This document shows positions 47,520 through 61,998 of a DNA stretch of 64,000 nt, piece by piece; positions within the stretch are counted from its first letter, which is position 1; every line of letters begins with the position of its first letter. The notes beneath the pieces are model-generated. The model was given only the letters and a program-made list of their open reading frames with translations. It did no database searches and was not told the origin of the DNA. This DNA comes from Mytilus californianus (lineage: Eukaryota), in NCBI RefSeq assembly GCF_021869535.1, contig NW_026262745.1, positions 36,394,001 through 36,458,000 on the forward strand, given 5' to 3'. Both the position numbers and the translations under genes were made by a program.

Positions 47520-47677
47520 ACTTTAAAACACAAAGCTGATACTGCTTCCGGATTGTATTTAAATTTGCACATTTTTAACGTCAACTTTTGACATTAAAAA
47601 ACCAATTGGGAAAGTTAATGCAAAACACTTCGTATACGTTTTCCTAAACGTTCATATATAATATGGTCCATTTCCAC

Positions 47678-48718
47678 CAAGGCTTCCAAAACTGTCATAT
47701 ATTCCGGACATTTGTATAATGTCCGGTAAAAGTCTGGCTGGGCAAAGCATGAAACGGTCATCTACTTTTTGGTTTTGAAGGCTTTATTAAGAGATGGTCA
47801 TTTTTACATAATTCGCGATCTTTTTGACCCAACCTTTTGCCTTTAACAGCCACACATTTCCGGTCATAAAAGTGACATGATCATTAAGTACTATCAAAAC
47901 AACCCCTACTTTAATACCTTCTCATTTTAATAAATGCTAATTAGTTGTCGAACAGCTGAAATTTACCTGTTCAGGTGACAGGTAAACTATTTTGAACCGG
48001 ACATTGATAGGTCTATTCAAAGTTATTTTCTTACATTTCAGCGGTTTGCATCTAATTAATTTAGTCAAAAAGATTTAAATTATCAAAAATACGTTAATAA
48101 ATATGATTTGATGAAAAAATTAAAAAGGTGAAAATGAAAAATCGTCATAACCACGTTGTTTGAACCAGAGACATGTCTCTGTTTGAACTAGTACACGTGT
48201 GCGCAGGTGTGAAATTTAATGATGTATCCTAATTTCTTCAAAAAATGTTTAAATTGTCATTGATACCTTTATCTCATGTTTATTTCGAATATTTTCTTGA
48301 AGAAATAACGTAGAAAGAGCTACGTACACTCATTCATGCTATGCAAACGTATACACGGAATTTACGTATCCGTCTCTGGTCCATATTTTACCATTGTCAA
48401 GATAACATCCGGTTTAGATTTAAAAACGACAAGTAAAGTTTTTGACAACGCTATTTTGCACAAATAAAGAGTTTAAGGCAGATATAAGTACGCTGATGTT
48501 GCACACTTCGAATGATGCACTGCCAATTTAACAGTTTACGTCAGAACTTCGAATTTGAATAAAAGAAGTTTAATATCGTTTTTTTAATGTCAATCATTGG
48601 GATGGCCAACTCAGCAACTGAATACCATAATTGCCTTTAGTTTATTTAGTCTTAAGGGATTAAAATCGGGATAATATATAAAATGTCCGGCTGGCTAAAA
48701 ATAATTTTGGAAGCCCTG
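47678..48718. mobile_element. Non-autonomous hAT element
   Basis: TIRs CAAGGCTTCCAAAA / TTTTGGAAGCCCTG (13/14); perfect 8-bp TSD ATTTCCAC at 47670-47677 and 48719-48726. Confidence 0.9.
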
Positions 48719-50099
48719 ATTTCCACATTGAAATCTTAAATCCATTCATGATTATATAAATATATCTTGATAAACTGCTGACAATAAATAAATTATTTCC
48801 CAGAAATATTTGAATGTCTGCTCAAAGCAAGTGTTGCTTTCAGAATAATTATGTGCTTGTGCCTAAAACAAAAGCCCTGTTAATTAAGCGCTGATTGGTT
48901 AATTCAAATGCAATGTTAATTTTGATTGGTTAATTAGTATGATCTCGAAAAAGCAATTAGTAAACGAGATTTCACATGCAGCAGTAACTGGGAAAACCCC
49001 ACACTGATTGGACCAAATACTAGACAGGAATTCCCAATTAAAATTATATGTACAGGCATTGCACAAAAACGTATTGTGTATTAATAATCTATTTATACAA
49101 AATAGTTCCATCAAGGATATTTGAAAGTAGGGGCATAATTCCTGATTATTTAATATATATTGCCGAGATAATGATATGAGAATAAAATTTGGACGATTTT
49201 ATATGATTTATTCTGAAAAACATGAGATTTTAGATGTTTTTGACGATCAAAGGTTTCTATTTGGGCCTTGGTAGTTTGTGATACAGAATTTTTATTCCCT
49301 TTCCTCTCTACCATCTTTTCTTCCATTAATCAAATCACTATTTGTTAAGACAACTAGGAATGATTCAGTGGGGGTCGGGGTAGGTGAAACCTAGCATGTG
49401 ACAAACATATATGACTAGATTCCAAACCATTTGAATAAATGATTGTAAAACACAGTTCACAAGTAAAGGGGGCAATTGTAAACTGTTATAATCAGATGTT
49501 CCAAAGTGTTGTTATCTTAACTGAGGTGTGGATTTAAATGGAGATCCAATTTGATGAAAAGAGGATAAATTTCATTGAATTTGACTGCCATGATTTTGAT
49601 AAACTTGATTAGGAGCCAAAAACTTATAAATTGTTGTGAGAAATTGATAATTAATTGTTAAAAAAAACAAATGGAAGATTCTCATGATTTGTATCTTTGT
49701 ACAATATTTTTATTTGAAAATTTATTAAATCTCAAGCTTTGTGTCAAAAATCAGTTATTGCATCTGTATTTTGAAAGATAATAGAAAATTGTAAAGATCA
49801 GTAGAAGAATTAAATTACCCATGTTGAGATATAGAGTAAGATTTTGAATTCTTCTTCCACAAGAATAATGAACTTAGGTAATTTTCACACCTAAGGTTTA
49901 AATTTTCAAAATCCAAACTAAATTTAGAATGATTTGTATTAGTGATCCCCTGGTTAAAATTTAATATTTCAGAATCTAGCAAATTAAAAACTTATGTTCT
50001 GCTCGATTTCAATACAGCAACATTATTGTGGAATATTTTTGCAGAAATTATGTTTTACATTTTCTGAAAAAGTAAGCAGATCTTATTATTTTTTAATAT

Positions 50100-50700
50100 T
50101 GAAGAGACAGTGCAATTGAAAACTAGCATTAAAGACTTTGAACTTTATCATGCAACCTGTTTTTACATATTTTCATTTAGTTCTGTTGGGATCTTCTAAA
50201 GATAAAGTAAAGTCTGTACTGATTTGAATAAATCGACTCATTAGAATTTGGAAAGGCATGATAAATTTTCTTTTGATGGATCATTTAATGTGAAATGTAG
50301 TTTTAATTGACCCTAAGTTCTTTCTCATTAAGAATCATTCAAAGTGTTGACTATTTTGTTTGTTATGTTGAATAAAACAAAAATATATTTTACAATTAAA
50401 TCTAACTTCGGAAAAATTACTCTTAAATATTGAAAACTTGACGTAGATTCAAGACTTAGACAAGGAACTTTATCAGTACATGCTATTTTCATTCTGTTCT
50501 TTCGGGATCTCGATCGCTCCTCATGAGTTAATTCTGAAATCTGAAATGATTTTGAACATTTTGCGGGTTAGAATTAGGAAAGAAATAATAAATTTTCTTT
50601 TGATGAATCATTTGATGTGAAATGTAGTTATAATTGACCCCAAGTTCTTTTTAATATGAATCTATCAAATTCAGAAGTTATGTTGAATAAAACAATAATT
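50100..50700. repeat. Old tandem duplication, about 325-bp period
   Basis: ATAAATTTTCTTTTGATG-ATCATTT-ATGTGAAATGTAGTT...GTTATGTTGAATAAAACAA at about 50260 and about 50587. Confidence 0.75.
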
Positions 50701-51475
50701 TAAAACAAAAGTCTAGCTTAGAAGGAAAGTAATGGAGCAGATAATTTAGTTTCTTTCAACAGTCACTAGTTATATCAATCTTTTATACGAAGGGGTGTCA
50801 ACAAATCTCTCTGGAACTTCTCTAACATTTGTGATTGCTTTGTGAAGTATGCTAATGATGCTACTTTTTCAGGTTTTTGACTTGTAATTAAAATTATGTA
50901 ACATATTCCTGTGGATAAGTGTATAGAAATTTTCAGAATTATTCATACATTTGTGTTTCAGTTTCATATTAAGTGTATTCAAAATCAATAATATTACCTA
51001 AATTATAAAATTATAGAGGTAACATTTTAGGGCAGCTGTGGAAATATGTTCGTAAAATCTCTCAAATATTTAATTGCTAATGTATCTTATTGATTATGCT
51101 GTAAATATGGGCTGCAGTTTAGAAGAACAATTTAAAGTTCTCTCTTCAAAAATAGAACAAATAAAAGGCAGCTAATTTGATGTAACAGATGCTGTTTAGT
51201 CTATAAAGGTACTAATTACAGTTCATCATATGACAGTTTTAGACCTCAAATATAATCCTTAAGAGACTAGTATAATAGTTAATACAATGTTGGATAATTA
51301 GCTTTGTACAAAGAACAGATTGAAGATGACTATCAGTTGCTATTTTAGTGTTCAAATTATAAAATCAGTGTTGCAAATCTAAATGTAGATTAAAGACCAT
51401 GCATGTGATTATTCAATTCTTCATGACATTCTTAAATAAAATAAACTTATGATTATTTCATTGTACAAAGACGGG

Positions 51476-52255
51476 CTAACTTTTGGCAAAGGACATTTGA
51501 GCGCAAAATTTTAAGACATTTGAGCAAAATTAAGAAATAATCATAGGAAATTTGAGCGAAAAAAATTAAGAATGATGAAGGAGTTCCTCTTCCTGTAGCC
51601 AGATAGAATCTGTTACTCCTGTTACTGTTGAAGTAGGATTCTGAGCAGGATATAATTATTAAAATGTGGAGTTTATAACAAAGTTTAAAACATCTTTTAA
51701 TTGTTAAAAAACATAGCCCTGTCATAAAACTTAAAACTCAGTAACGGCATTATTTACAAGTCAGTTTGGGCTTGAAATTTATATCCTAGGCTTCTGACAT
51801 AAAAATCCCTCGTTATTTCCTGCTTACAGTACCGCGAATACAAACCCAGGAGATTCTGTCTCTTTTCCTTGTCTGTTCGTCTCTTAGGTGCATCAATATT
51901 CAAACCCCGAATTTTGATGTAAGTCTCAGATTGTAATTTGAATTATAGTAGAATTGATTGGTAAGAAGAGATTAACTCAGGACTACATTACCGTTAACTA
52001 GCCAGAACCGGTCGAATTACTTGGGTGTAAAATCAAATAAAATACATTTATTTTAAAAACTTTCTCTTTTTCTTACTTTTTAAAAATATTTTCTTAATTC
52101 ATATAAAGTAACACAGGAAATTTCATTCAAATATCCTATTTGAAAATCCAAGTAATGTTAATATTTCAGTGCTAAAATGTCCTATGATGTCGGCGCTCAA
52201 ATGACCCTATGTGCATTTTTTATTTTCGCTCAAATGTCCTATGCCTGGGAACTTT
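51476..52255. mobile_element. Degenerate DNA element with inverted subterminal GGACATTTGAGCG repeats
   Basis: Several GACATTTGAGC-type motifs at the left and their complements (CGCTCAAATGTCC) at the right; no TSD found. Confidence 0.5.
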
Positions 52256-55200
52256 AAGGGTAAAAAACATCATTAAAAAGATCAAAATAAAATAGCTAGA
52301 ATATATAAGATGGCCAAATAAGTCGTCACTTTTGTGTTGTTGAAGTTGTAAAAAGTGAAGTAACAAAAATACCGAACTCCTAGGAAAATTCAATGGAAAG
52401 TCCCATATAAAATGGCAAAATCAAAAGCTCAAACAAATCAAACGAATTGAAAACAACTGTCATATTCCTGACTTGGTACAGGCATTTCCTTATGTAGAAA
52501 ATGGTGGATTAAACTTTTTTGTTGTGTATTTACATCATTTGATCAAGTTAATAAGTTAGAATGACATTTTGTGATTTTGAAGTCAATTGTTGCAGTGGTA
52601 GTTTGATGAGAGTATATCAACAGGGTAACTTTATGGGTGAAAAATCAATAAAATAGAACAGAATGAAATAACTGGAATATCAGTGATGGCTTAATAAGTT
52701 AGAATGACATTTTTGTAATGTTGCAGTTTTGACATTGTACATACACATGTAATGTCTAATGCTGATCAGTCAAGTTCTATTGGTTTAAGGTGATCTCTTT
52801 TGATGTTTCATTTTAGATGAAGGGTTGAATTACTTTTGACTGTGGGAAATAAGTTTATAAAGTCTAGAAACAAAGTGTCCAGAATATCAGTGTTGTCAGA
52901 TTTAGTAGGAGTCAAATTAGATTGTATTTTATATAGTTTGTTTGATATCTTTTGATCTGTATTACACCCTGCCTTGTCTGGTCCGGTATAATTGGTAATT
53001 AGGAGATGTTCAGTTAAAATTAAAAAGATGAAATAAACTATCATTTCAGAAAAAAAAGATCCTGCAGTTTATTTTGGTTTGAAAAGCCTAAGATCTTTTA
53101 TCTCGCAGCCACAAATTATCATCCATAAATTCATAAGATCATCATCCAAACATTTAAGGAACCAATTTTGAGGGGTGTGTGGGAGGCAATTTGTTGAAAT
53201 AATTATTCAATTACATGAGAAATTAAATTAGTTTATAAAGTGTGTTGAAGTTTTTTTGGCTGGATTATTTTCTTGCAAAAGTTACAGAGAAATAATCTCA
53301 AACAGGTGGTTGTTTGATTTTCATACAGGGGTAGCTGTTTACCACCAACCATGCATTTCGTGGAAGTAATAATAATCAAAAAATTGAATAGTGTTTAAGT
53401 TGTGTTCATGTTGTTTTGCTGTTGTTTTTTTTTTTCTTAAATTACAGAGAAAATTATCTCTGACAGGTAGTTGTTTTATTTTCATACAGTGGTACCTGTT
53501 TACTACCTGCTGTGCCAATTGTGGATGAAATTATTGTGATAAACATTCTGAAATTTTTATAACTTTATCACAGCTAGAAAAGACAGTAAAATGTTTTGTT
53601 GACACTTTTTATCAAAATTTTGAATGTTTTTATGTTTTGAATGGTTCTGATGTGATAATTGTACTTTGACAAAGGGAGATAATTGCTTTGATTATTACGA
53701 GTTTCTTCGCTTCACAACCTGTGATCACCAAAGAATGTTTTTGGTAAATAAAAACTTATGTAACAGACTTTCAAAGACCAAGTACTAAGTGCAACCAAAA
53801 GAAAATTAGAGCTATTTTCCACCTTTTTGAAATGAAGCACATAGATTTTCATTTTTAACCTGTTTGATGATTGTTAGTATTGGTTCTATTATATATATTA
53901 AAAGTCATTACCAATTTTGAATTAGAAGGAAAACCTTTATATCTGAAAAATAAACTGTAAAAATCTTTAAACATTTATTATTTAATTTAAAATTTTTAAC
54001 AAAATAACAAATGTTTACTACTGTTTTTCGATATTAAATGAAAATGCCTTGTGGACAACACAGGATTAGACCACATATCATTAACAATAGATTTTATGAC
54101 TTTGACAATGCTTGTTACAATTTTTTAATCCCACTGGAACCAGATTTGGGATTTTATGTTTAAAATTGACATTTTGATGTGTTTTTGAATTAAAATGTTA
54201 AATTTTACATTGTAGTTTGGAAATAAAAATTGTATTTTTCTCCAAAGGAACATTGTTGTTCCAACATGGCATTTTCATGGGTTTACACATGTTTTTATGG
54301 GGTACTATTTATCTATAGATTTTACAAGATAAGTTTGAGAAACAATAGAATTGAAAGTATGACATTTTCATGTGCAGTAGCCTGTCTCTTTATGGTAATT
54401 AAACAACAATGCAATTTACAATACATGATAATGATAATTGCTTTCGATGACATTTTCGTGTGATTAAACTTCCCTAATACATGAATATAAATTATGCAAA
54501 AAATAAATGCTGTAATTTTCTCAACAGTGCAGCATGTTGCTTGATCCCACTCCCACTATGGTTTATGAATTGGATAGGTATTTCACAAGTCAAGGTAATT
54601 ATCAGAATTTTTGTCACTCTATATTAATCATTTATGTTTTTTTTTAAATTTTTATTGTGAGAGTTGATTTTATAAAAATTTTATAGTTTGATATGAGGTT
54701 TGAAATAAATCTTAAATGTGAAAGGTCCAAACTCACAACAGTTACTTTAAAATTAGGGTCTATAAAAAAAAGGGTTACAATAATTGTATAAAGTATATAG
54801 TTTAAAAGGGTGCTTAGTTTGTCTTCTTGTAGAAGAATTCTCATTGGTTATTACCCATTATTGAGGATTCAGTGATTATTAGCAAACTGGAATGACATCT
54901 TTTAGGCTTTAAGTAACTTGTTGACCATTTTAATGGCAGTCATACAACTTTTTAATGTCCAAACAACACTTTCTTTTTCTCTCCCCAGCTCAATTTGACA
55001 AGTCAAATAATAATTTTTAGCTTACATAAACAAGTTAACATCAATTTTGTAAAAGCCTTGATGTTTCATTCATTAAGTAAATATAACCAAATGATTGGCT
55101 CATATCTTGACAGAACATTGTTGGCAACTGTGTACTTATTGATAACTTATTTATAAATAGGCAAAATTGACAACTATAAGAATGAAAGACAAGAATAAGA

Positions 55201-58200
55201 AAAAAACACCATGAAAAACTGAATATATTTATAATCTATGGGTGACAATTGAAAACCTCATTTGTAAAAGACGAGCTATTTTTGGTATCAAGCAAATGGA
55301 AGTTTCATTAAAAATATTCAATTTCTTAGGCAGGGAATAGTGCTATTCTAAATCTTCAAGTTTGGCGAAAATTACCAGAAAGCTGCACACTTTGGGGTCT
55401 AATACTCTATCTAAATTTTTTTAAATAATTATGTACAGGTAAATGTGAAATTTTTATTGAACTCAACACATCTGTAGGGTAGTTTGATACTTGAAAAATC
55501 CTGTTATAAACTAGTCTGGAAAGTAAAATTCCATCTGGTAAACTCCCATCATTGTTTTTCTTTTATACTATTTTAATGCCACTCATATGTTTATAAATGA
55601 ACCATAAATGAAATAATGACAGACCATTTACAGTTATAATTTTATTTGGCCTGTCTAGGTACTATCTTTGTCCTAACTTGTCACTGTCATGTCCTATTAG
55701 ATTACACATGACTTTGCATTCTAATGATGCAGCTGACTATAGAAAAAGCTAGCATCTGCTTTTTTATGCTGTTGCAAACATTCTTTAAGGGTGCTTCTTT
55801 TTTCTGCAGAGGTAATTTATTGTTATGCGCCAAAAGATTAAAATATAAATGGAGATGTTTTGCAGCAAATATATCAACTGTTTTGAGTTGTTTTTTTAAT
55901 ATTTGAGGTTTGTTTGTTTTTTAAGGTCGAACTATTTTTCAAATGTATAGGTGATAAATTCAACTGAATACTATAGCAGAAAAAAAGCATTGTGCACATT
56001 ATCTTATGTTTGTATTTCCAGTTCTTTTTAAACGACCTAAAATTTGAACTTAGCACATTGTAACTGCAGATTCAAGTGTTTCAACATAAAAAAAATATAG
56101 TTGATTATTTTTTTAGCACAAAAAACATAATGTTCAGTACCATATGGCTATTAAATAATGGTTCTATGAAGTTAATCAATCATGGTTTTATTTTACAAGG
56201 GGCAGATGCAAAAAAATATGACATCTCTTATGTAGTTTTTGTCATGATTTCATTATTTTTCAATGATACTTCTTCATAATTCAAAGGAATCAGTTGTTTT
56301 GGTAATGAAAAATTTGATATGTCAAAAAAGTTCCATCAGTTTCAGTGTTCTGTAGATTTTGAACGTTTGCTATTTTGTATTTCAATTGATGGACTTGCAT
56401 GTGACCTGATTAAAATGTGCAGTGGTTCATGTTTGAGTAGGTGAATAAATAAAAGTAAAGACATTTTAAAAAAAGTATTGAATGGAAATCTAGTTTCTCA
56501 ATTAACTTTATTTGGCTTGTTTCTGAGTTTTTATTCTGTATTACAAGACAAAAAGATGAGTAAAAATTGAACTTCTGGCTGACTTTTGACTGTTATTTTT
56601 TTGTTTTTTTTAAATCTGATTAAAAATCAACAATCTGCATTTTCATATCAGAAGTATTCTTTTGAAAGTTTCAAACTGTCGCATAGTATTATTTTGCCCG
56701 TGTGACATTCAAAAATCATAAAGACATTTGTCAAACAATTCAGAAATAAAAAGGTTCATTAAATTTAAAAATTTTCACCAAACTATGAGTGGCTTCAAAA
56801 ATCGAATCATTGAAACTCTGACAGATTTTTGTTTTCTTAAAAAGCAATAAAATTTATTTCATAATGGAAGTTAAGTTGAAAATTTCAAAAAGGAGAATTT
56901 GATATCTGTATAGGAAACAACAGATGGCTTTTCAGGTATCAAAATAACTTTAAGGGGTCAGGTAGAGGAACAGGTTAATTTACCTGGCCAGGTAACTCTT
57001 TGAAGATGCTATCAAAGTGTAATAAAATTAAATACAGATCAAAGTTTTACTGCCATGTAATCATATATGTAATACCTGAACATTTTTATTACCTCTGAAT
57101 CTAAAACTCAAGTATAAGGTTAAGGTAGTTTTATTGCCCTCCTCCTGAATACCAGAGTTTAGGGGACATTAAAATATCACACCTTTAAATTGCAGGTAAT
57201 AATTTGGCCCTTTGTACAGAAGCAATTAGGTCTTTGAAGTCTTTAAGTTTTATGACATTGCCATTAGGGGATGTTAGAGTTTATTACATTCTTTATAGAG
57301 TTATTGCCACTTGTTTAAACTTTCTTTTGTTTATTAAGTTTTAGGAAAAATAACTATGATGTAATTTTGCAACTAAAAAAGTCATTATATGTTGATGTGT
57401 CCATTAAAATTTCTTGGGTTAGAGGAGATAAATTGAGTAAAGGCAATGCAAATTAGGGCTGCTATGATAAATTTATTGAGTACTCCCTCCTTTTTGAGAA
57501 AAAAAAAGAAGAAAAAATCCTCCTGATATGTTATTCAGGTCCTCATGACTATAATCTAAAAAAGTAAGCCTTATAATAGAGATAATGTGGTATGATTATC
57601 AATTAAACAACTATCCACCAGAGACCATAGGATGAAGATGTAAGCAGTCACTTTGTTTCTTTTCTTCCTTAATCTTTGGTCTTAGCTTAGGGAAAAGCTA
57701 CTCATTGCTTTGTTCCAATACCTTAAGCATGTTCAGTGGGATATTGTGGGTTCTTTTACTCAACTTGAGGTGGTTAGAGTTATTTATGATCTCTGAAATA
57801 AAATGTGCACTCTTTCTCAATTGTATGCATACATTGAATTCACTCAATTGTTGAAATGTTTAGAAAATTGATTTTTTTTTTCATTAAATGTTGAGCATAT
57901 ATGATGAAGGCAATCCTTGAAATTATGTTTTTTGCATCAACTTCAATTTATAGGCAATCTTTGAAATGGTTTGAATGCCCTCTAAATAAATAAGATATAA
58001 CACAAAAGAAATAAAAAAAATCATTAGAAATATCACTATAGATGAAATTACATGTGAGTTTCTAAAACTCTATTAAGAAGCACAATTTTAGAAGAACAAA
58101 TTATAGATAAAAATCATAGAAATATAACATGCATATACATGTAGTAGACCTTACATAGAGAAGTTAATATTTTTACTCATATATCAAGTTTTCATAATTT

Positions 58201-58748
58201 ATATTTTTTCACATTACATTTTGTTTTCAGGTAGATATATTTTCAAACTTTTTATCAAATTGATCATTAATTTTTTTAATTTTCACTCAAATTCTTGTTT
58301 TCATGTAGTCTTTGTAGATTTTCAAACTTTTTATCAAATTAATCATTTAATTACAATTAACTCCTGTAAATTAAGTGTCTAACCTAAAGGCAGAAGGACA
58401 TTTTCTACTGTACATTGGAACAGCAGAACTTGTTCTTCCAAAGAATGCTGGCTTTGATGTTTTTTCACAGGTTAAAATGTACAAAAGGTGTAAAGAATAG
58501 CAGCTCTACAATCTTGTTTTCATACTCTTTGATGTCTGTCTTCAGGTCAATGTGTTAACAAGAGAATTAAGAGAATTAAGAATACACATTTATGTAAAGT
58601 GCTTTATTTTGGTAATGTTGTTCTCTCTATTTAGTTTTCTGTTCTTGTAAATTTTCAATTATAAGCTATATTAGGAATTTTATAACAAAAGTATTAATGC
58701 AATCCATGTACAGCTTCTTTGCCTCTCATTTTATTCTTTTTTTTTATT

Positions 58749-59939
58749 CGGTCTCTAAAAACACCGCAAAGGACCTCCTTTGTGCACAAAGGAGCACAAA
58801 GGACCACAAAGGAGTATGATAAGTGCACAAAGGACCTGAAATTGTTCGTTTAATGGGGGGGAAGGCATTTCTCACGAAAAAAATATTAATTTTTATTAAA
58901 ATACTCGAGTTAAATCGGTATGAAGTTGAAGATTTACGAAACCGTGTTCCGTAACCGGTACGGATATGCATAAGATTACGGCAATTTTCGATAAGATGTT
59001 AGTATACCTATAATTATATATTGAAAAGTATTGAGAAAACATGAACATATAAATAAAGACTGGACATTAAACCGGAGAGAAAAAATTAAGCTAACACTGT
59101 TTGTAAAGATTTCAATTTCACAATTAATAAGTTTTGTATAATGAGGACTTGATTGCGCTTGGGATGAACAAAGCGTTATATATTCTTTACAGTTAATTAT
59201 CAGCGTTCAAAGACACTCTTTAAAAACAATAACATTGTTGAAAAATCAATTATATGTATTAATATATTAAAAAAAAACAAAAAAAAAAACTTCGCCAAGA
59301 AGCCTGGTCATCGTCACCGGCCAAGGACAGCTGCAGTGAGGACAAAACCAAAATTTTAAATGTTATTGTTAAATCATATGTATTTATTTATCATGTTTGT
59401 TTTATCTTAATAAATCATAATTGGAAATATAAAGTTTTGACTTTTTTGTTATAATGCAAGTATTCTTATACTTCACTTAAAAATATTATCATACGTAAGA
59501 AAACAAAGTGATGATATATGAGACAACAAAAAACAACAACACATTGCTATCCTATATAATTTTCGAAGTTTTGGCAATGCTTTACCCTTGAAAAATTACA
59601 ACAATGAAATATCAAGAATAATAATTGACATTTTTATCATTTATGTTAATATATTTAAACTATTTAAAAATTCACATACACGAACTATATTTTAACCCGG
59701 ATATAAAGTCGGTTCAAAACCGATACCGGTGATAACTAAAAATCGTACATTATTAAAATCGCAATTTTTATTGAAATTGATTTTTTTTTTTACATTTTTC
59801 TTCATGAATTATAATATTTTTATGTTTTGAAATGAATTTCAGGTCCTTTGTGCTCATATCAAACTCCTTTGTGGTCCTTTGTGCCCCTTTGTGCTCCTTT
59901 GTGCACAAAGGAGGTCCTTTGCGGTGTTTTTAGAGACCC
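58749..59939. mobile_element. Mutator-like non-autonomous element with long TIRs
   Basis: About 95-bp TIRs (GGTCTCTAAAAACACCGCAAAGGACCTCC...) built of CACAAAGGA repeats; 9-bp TSD TTTTTTATT at 58740-58748 and 59940-59948. Confidence 0.85.
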
Positions 59940-61929
59940 TTTTTTATTTAGGACCACATACTCACTTGGATAAAAATGTTAAAAAATTTTGTTAATGAAC
60001 TTTCAGGTAAAACTAGCAAAAAGAGTTTCCTTCTCAATTTGTAATTCAAATGGAAAATATGTTATCATGTTAATGTTAGAAATATGATTACAGCTTGCTA
60101 GTCTACACTTGCTTAACCCTCTTCCACTCAGCATCAATGTTTGATTTAAAATTTCTTTAGATTTTTAAACAACAATGAAAGCATCATACAATATATATCT
60201 GAATAGCCAAATAAATTTTTGAAAAATTTGGAGGAGATAATTTTTTTAATTTTTTTTTTTTATAAAAAGTGAAGGATGAAGAGAAATGATTATAATAAAG
60301 AGATCACTAATTATGAAAGTGTGATTTTAACAATTTCCTGGATTAGGATTTGAGAAGTTCCTGTCTAGGCTAAGCTTGTGAACCCATACCTGTCTTCACA
60401 GGTGGTATTCTTCACCCCTCTCTTTGATCTTTTACACCTGTAATTAAAACTCATTAATGTATTCAGAAGTGTGCCCAGTGTCTGTTCACAGTTTATACAG
60501 CAATATAGAGAAGTGTGCCTGCCATAAAAGGACAGTCTAGTCGTGGCTTCTTATACGTTGCAAAAATATGGTTTCATATTGAAAGTAAACTGTAAATGTT
60601 TCATGACGAGTTATTGTTATAATAATAAAATATGTTACAAATGATAATTTGATATTCTGATCATGGCTTCATAGTGAAAGTAAATTGTAGAAATAACAGT
60701 TGTGAGTCATTGTTGAAATTAAACGTGGCGATTTTTTACCCAAAAAATGCAGAATTTGAGGTGTTGTTACAAATTGTAACATTGTACTGGCTTATTTAGG
60801 CTTAAATAAAAATTGTATTCCAAGATACTGCTCATCCTATGCTTCTTGCGACTTTTTATTTTGATTGGGGGGAGTGGGGTATTTCAAATGATAATTTATT
60901 CCTTTAAGCAAAATCTGCTTGTACAACAAAAAAAATATGGTATGGATGCTTGTATTCAGGGAAAATATTTATTTGGCCAAAAGATCTTTGGGTTTTTTGT
61001 TTGATTTAGTTGCTTTGTTCATCACATTATCTTATTTCCTCCCATATCATCAAATTTAAAAGCATCTACCAGTTACCTCAATACATCCAGACCTGTAACT
61101 TCTCATTCTTTATTTAAAATAAACTATTATGGGAAAGAATTTTGCTACATTTTTTTTATAGTTGATTGAAAAATGCATCACAGAGCATTGAATTAAATGG
61201 AAAATGTATTGTTATAAAGATTTGCTGATTTTGTTCAATGCTGACCTTGGTCAAGACGTACAAATCTTGCCTCCTCTTTGTACAGACATCGATTCTGTAA
61301 TACCTAAAGTCTTCTAAATCTCTTATCTTATCATGTTTGCATGATTTAAGTTTGAATTTAGATCTATTCTCACCTTATGAATGGAACTTTCTAATGGAAA
61401 CCAACCCACTAATTCAATTTGATTAAGTAAGTGAACAAACCCATTAATTGAAGAAAACCTTAGTTAGTTTATCCAGTTGAAGATGATTTTGGATATCAAA
61501 AAGGCTTTGAAAGTCTTATTTTTCTTATTAAATCTGAAAAAAGGATTTTAGATAGCTTGTTTCCTTATCATCTGAATTTTAGTATCAGTATTTTCAGGTT
61601 GACCACACCACCATTATTATTACAAAAAGGCATATTATTGGGGGAAGTTCATCTCATTTGCCCATCTGAATTTAAACAATATATATATTTATTTTTTATT
61701 TCTTTCAATCATATAAATAGATAAAAAGATGTGATTGAAAAGTTAAACTTTGGCACCATTTAATTGTGAATGTAATTTATTTTTTTGTATCTTGAAATTC
61801 AAGTTTTGATAAGGAGATCAGAGAAAGGCAAAAATAGCAGCCATTTGGGTGAATTCTGATACAAATGGTATAATCTGTTTTCTTAGAAAGTGAGACAGCA
61901 GTGTAACTTAACCTAAAATTATTTTCTCT

Positions 61930-61998
61930 TTCTGTAAAGTTCAGCTTAATGTGTACCTCCCTCCCTGTAAAGTTCAGCTTAATGTGCACCTCCCTCCC
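61930..61998. repeat. 33-bp tandem duplication
   Basis: CTGTAAAGTTCAGCTTAATGTG(T/C)ACCTCCCTCC twice; this explains the repeated peptide in ORF 61777-61989. Confidence 0.9.

Larger units (their letters stand above)
44250..47520 (-). mobile_element. Decayed DIRS-order (Ngaro-like) tyrosine-recombinase retrotransposon; YR largely missing
   Basis: gag with C-terminal Cys/His finger overlaps an RT-RNaseH ORF; no methyltransferase-like ORF after RNase H; the RNase H is broken by two insertions. Confidence 0.85.
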
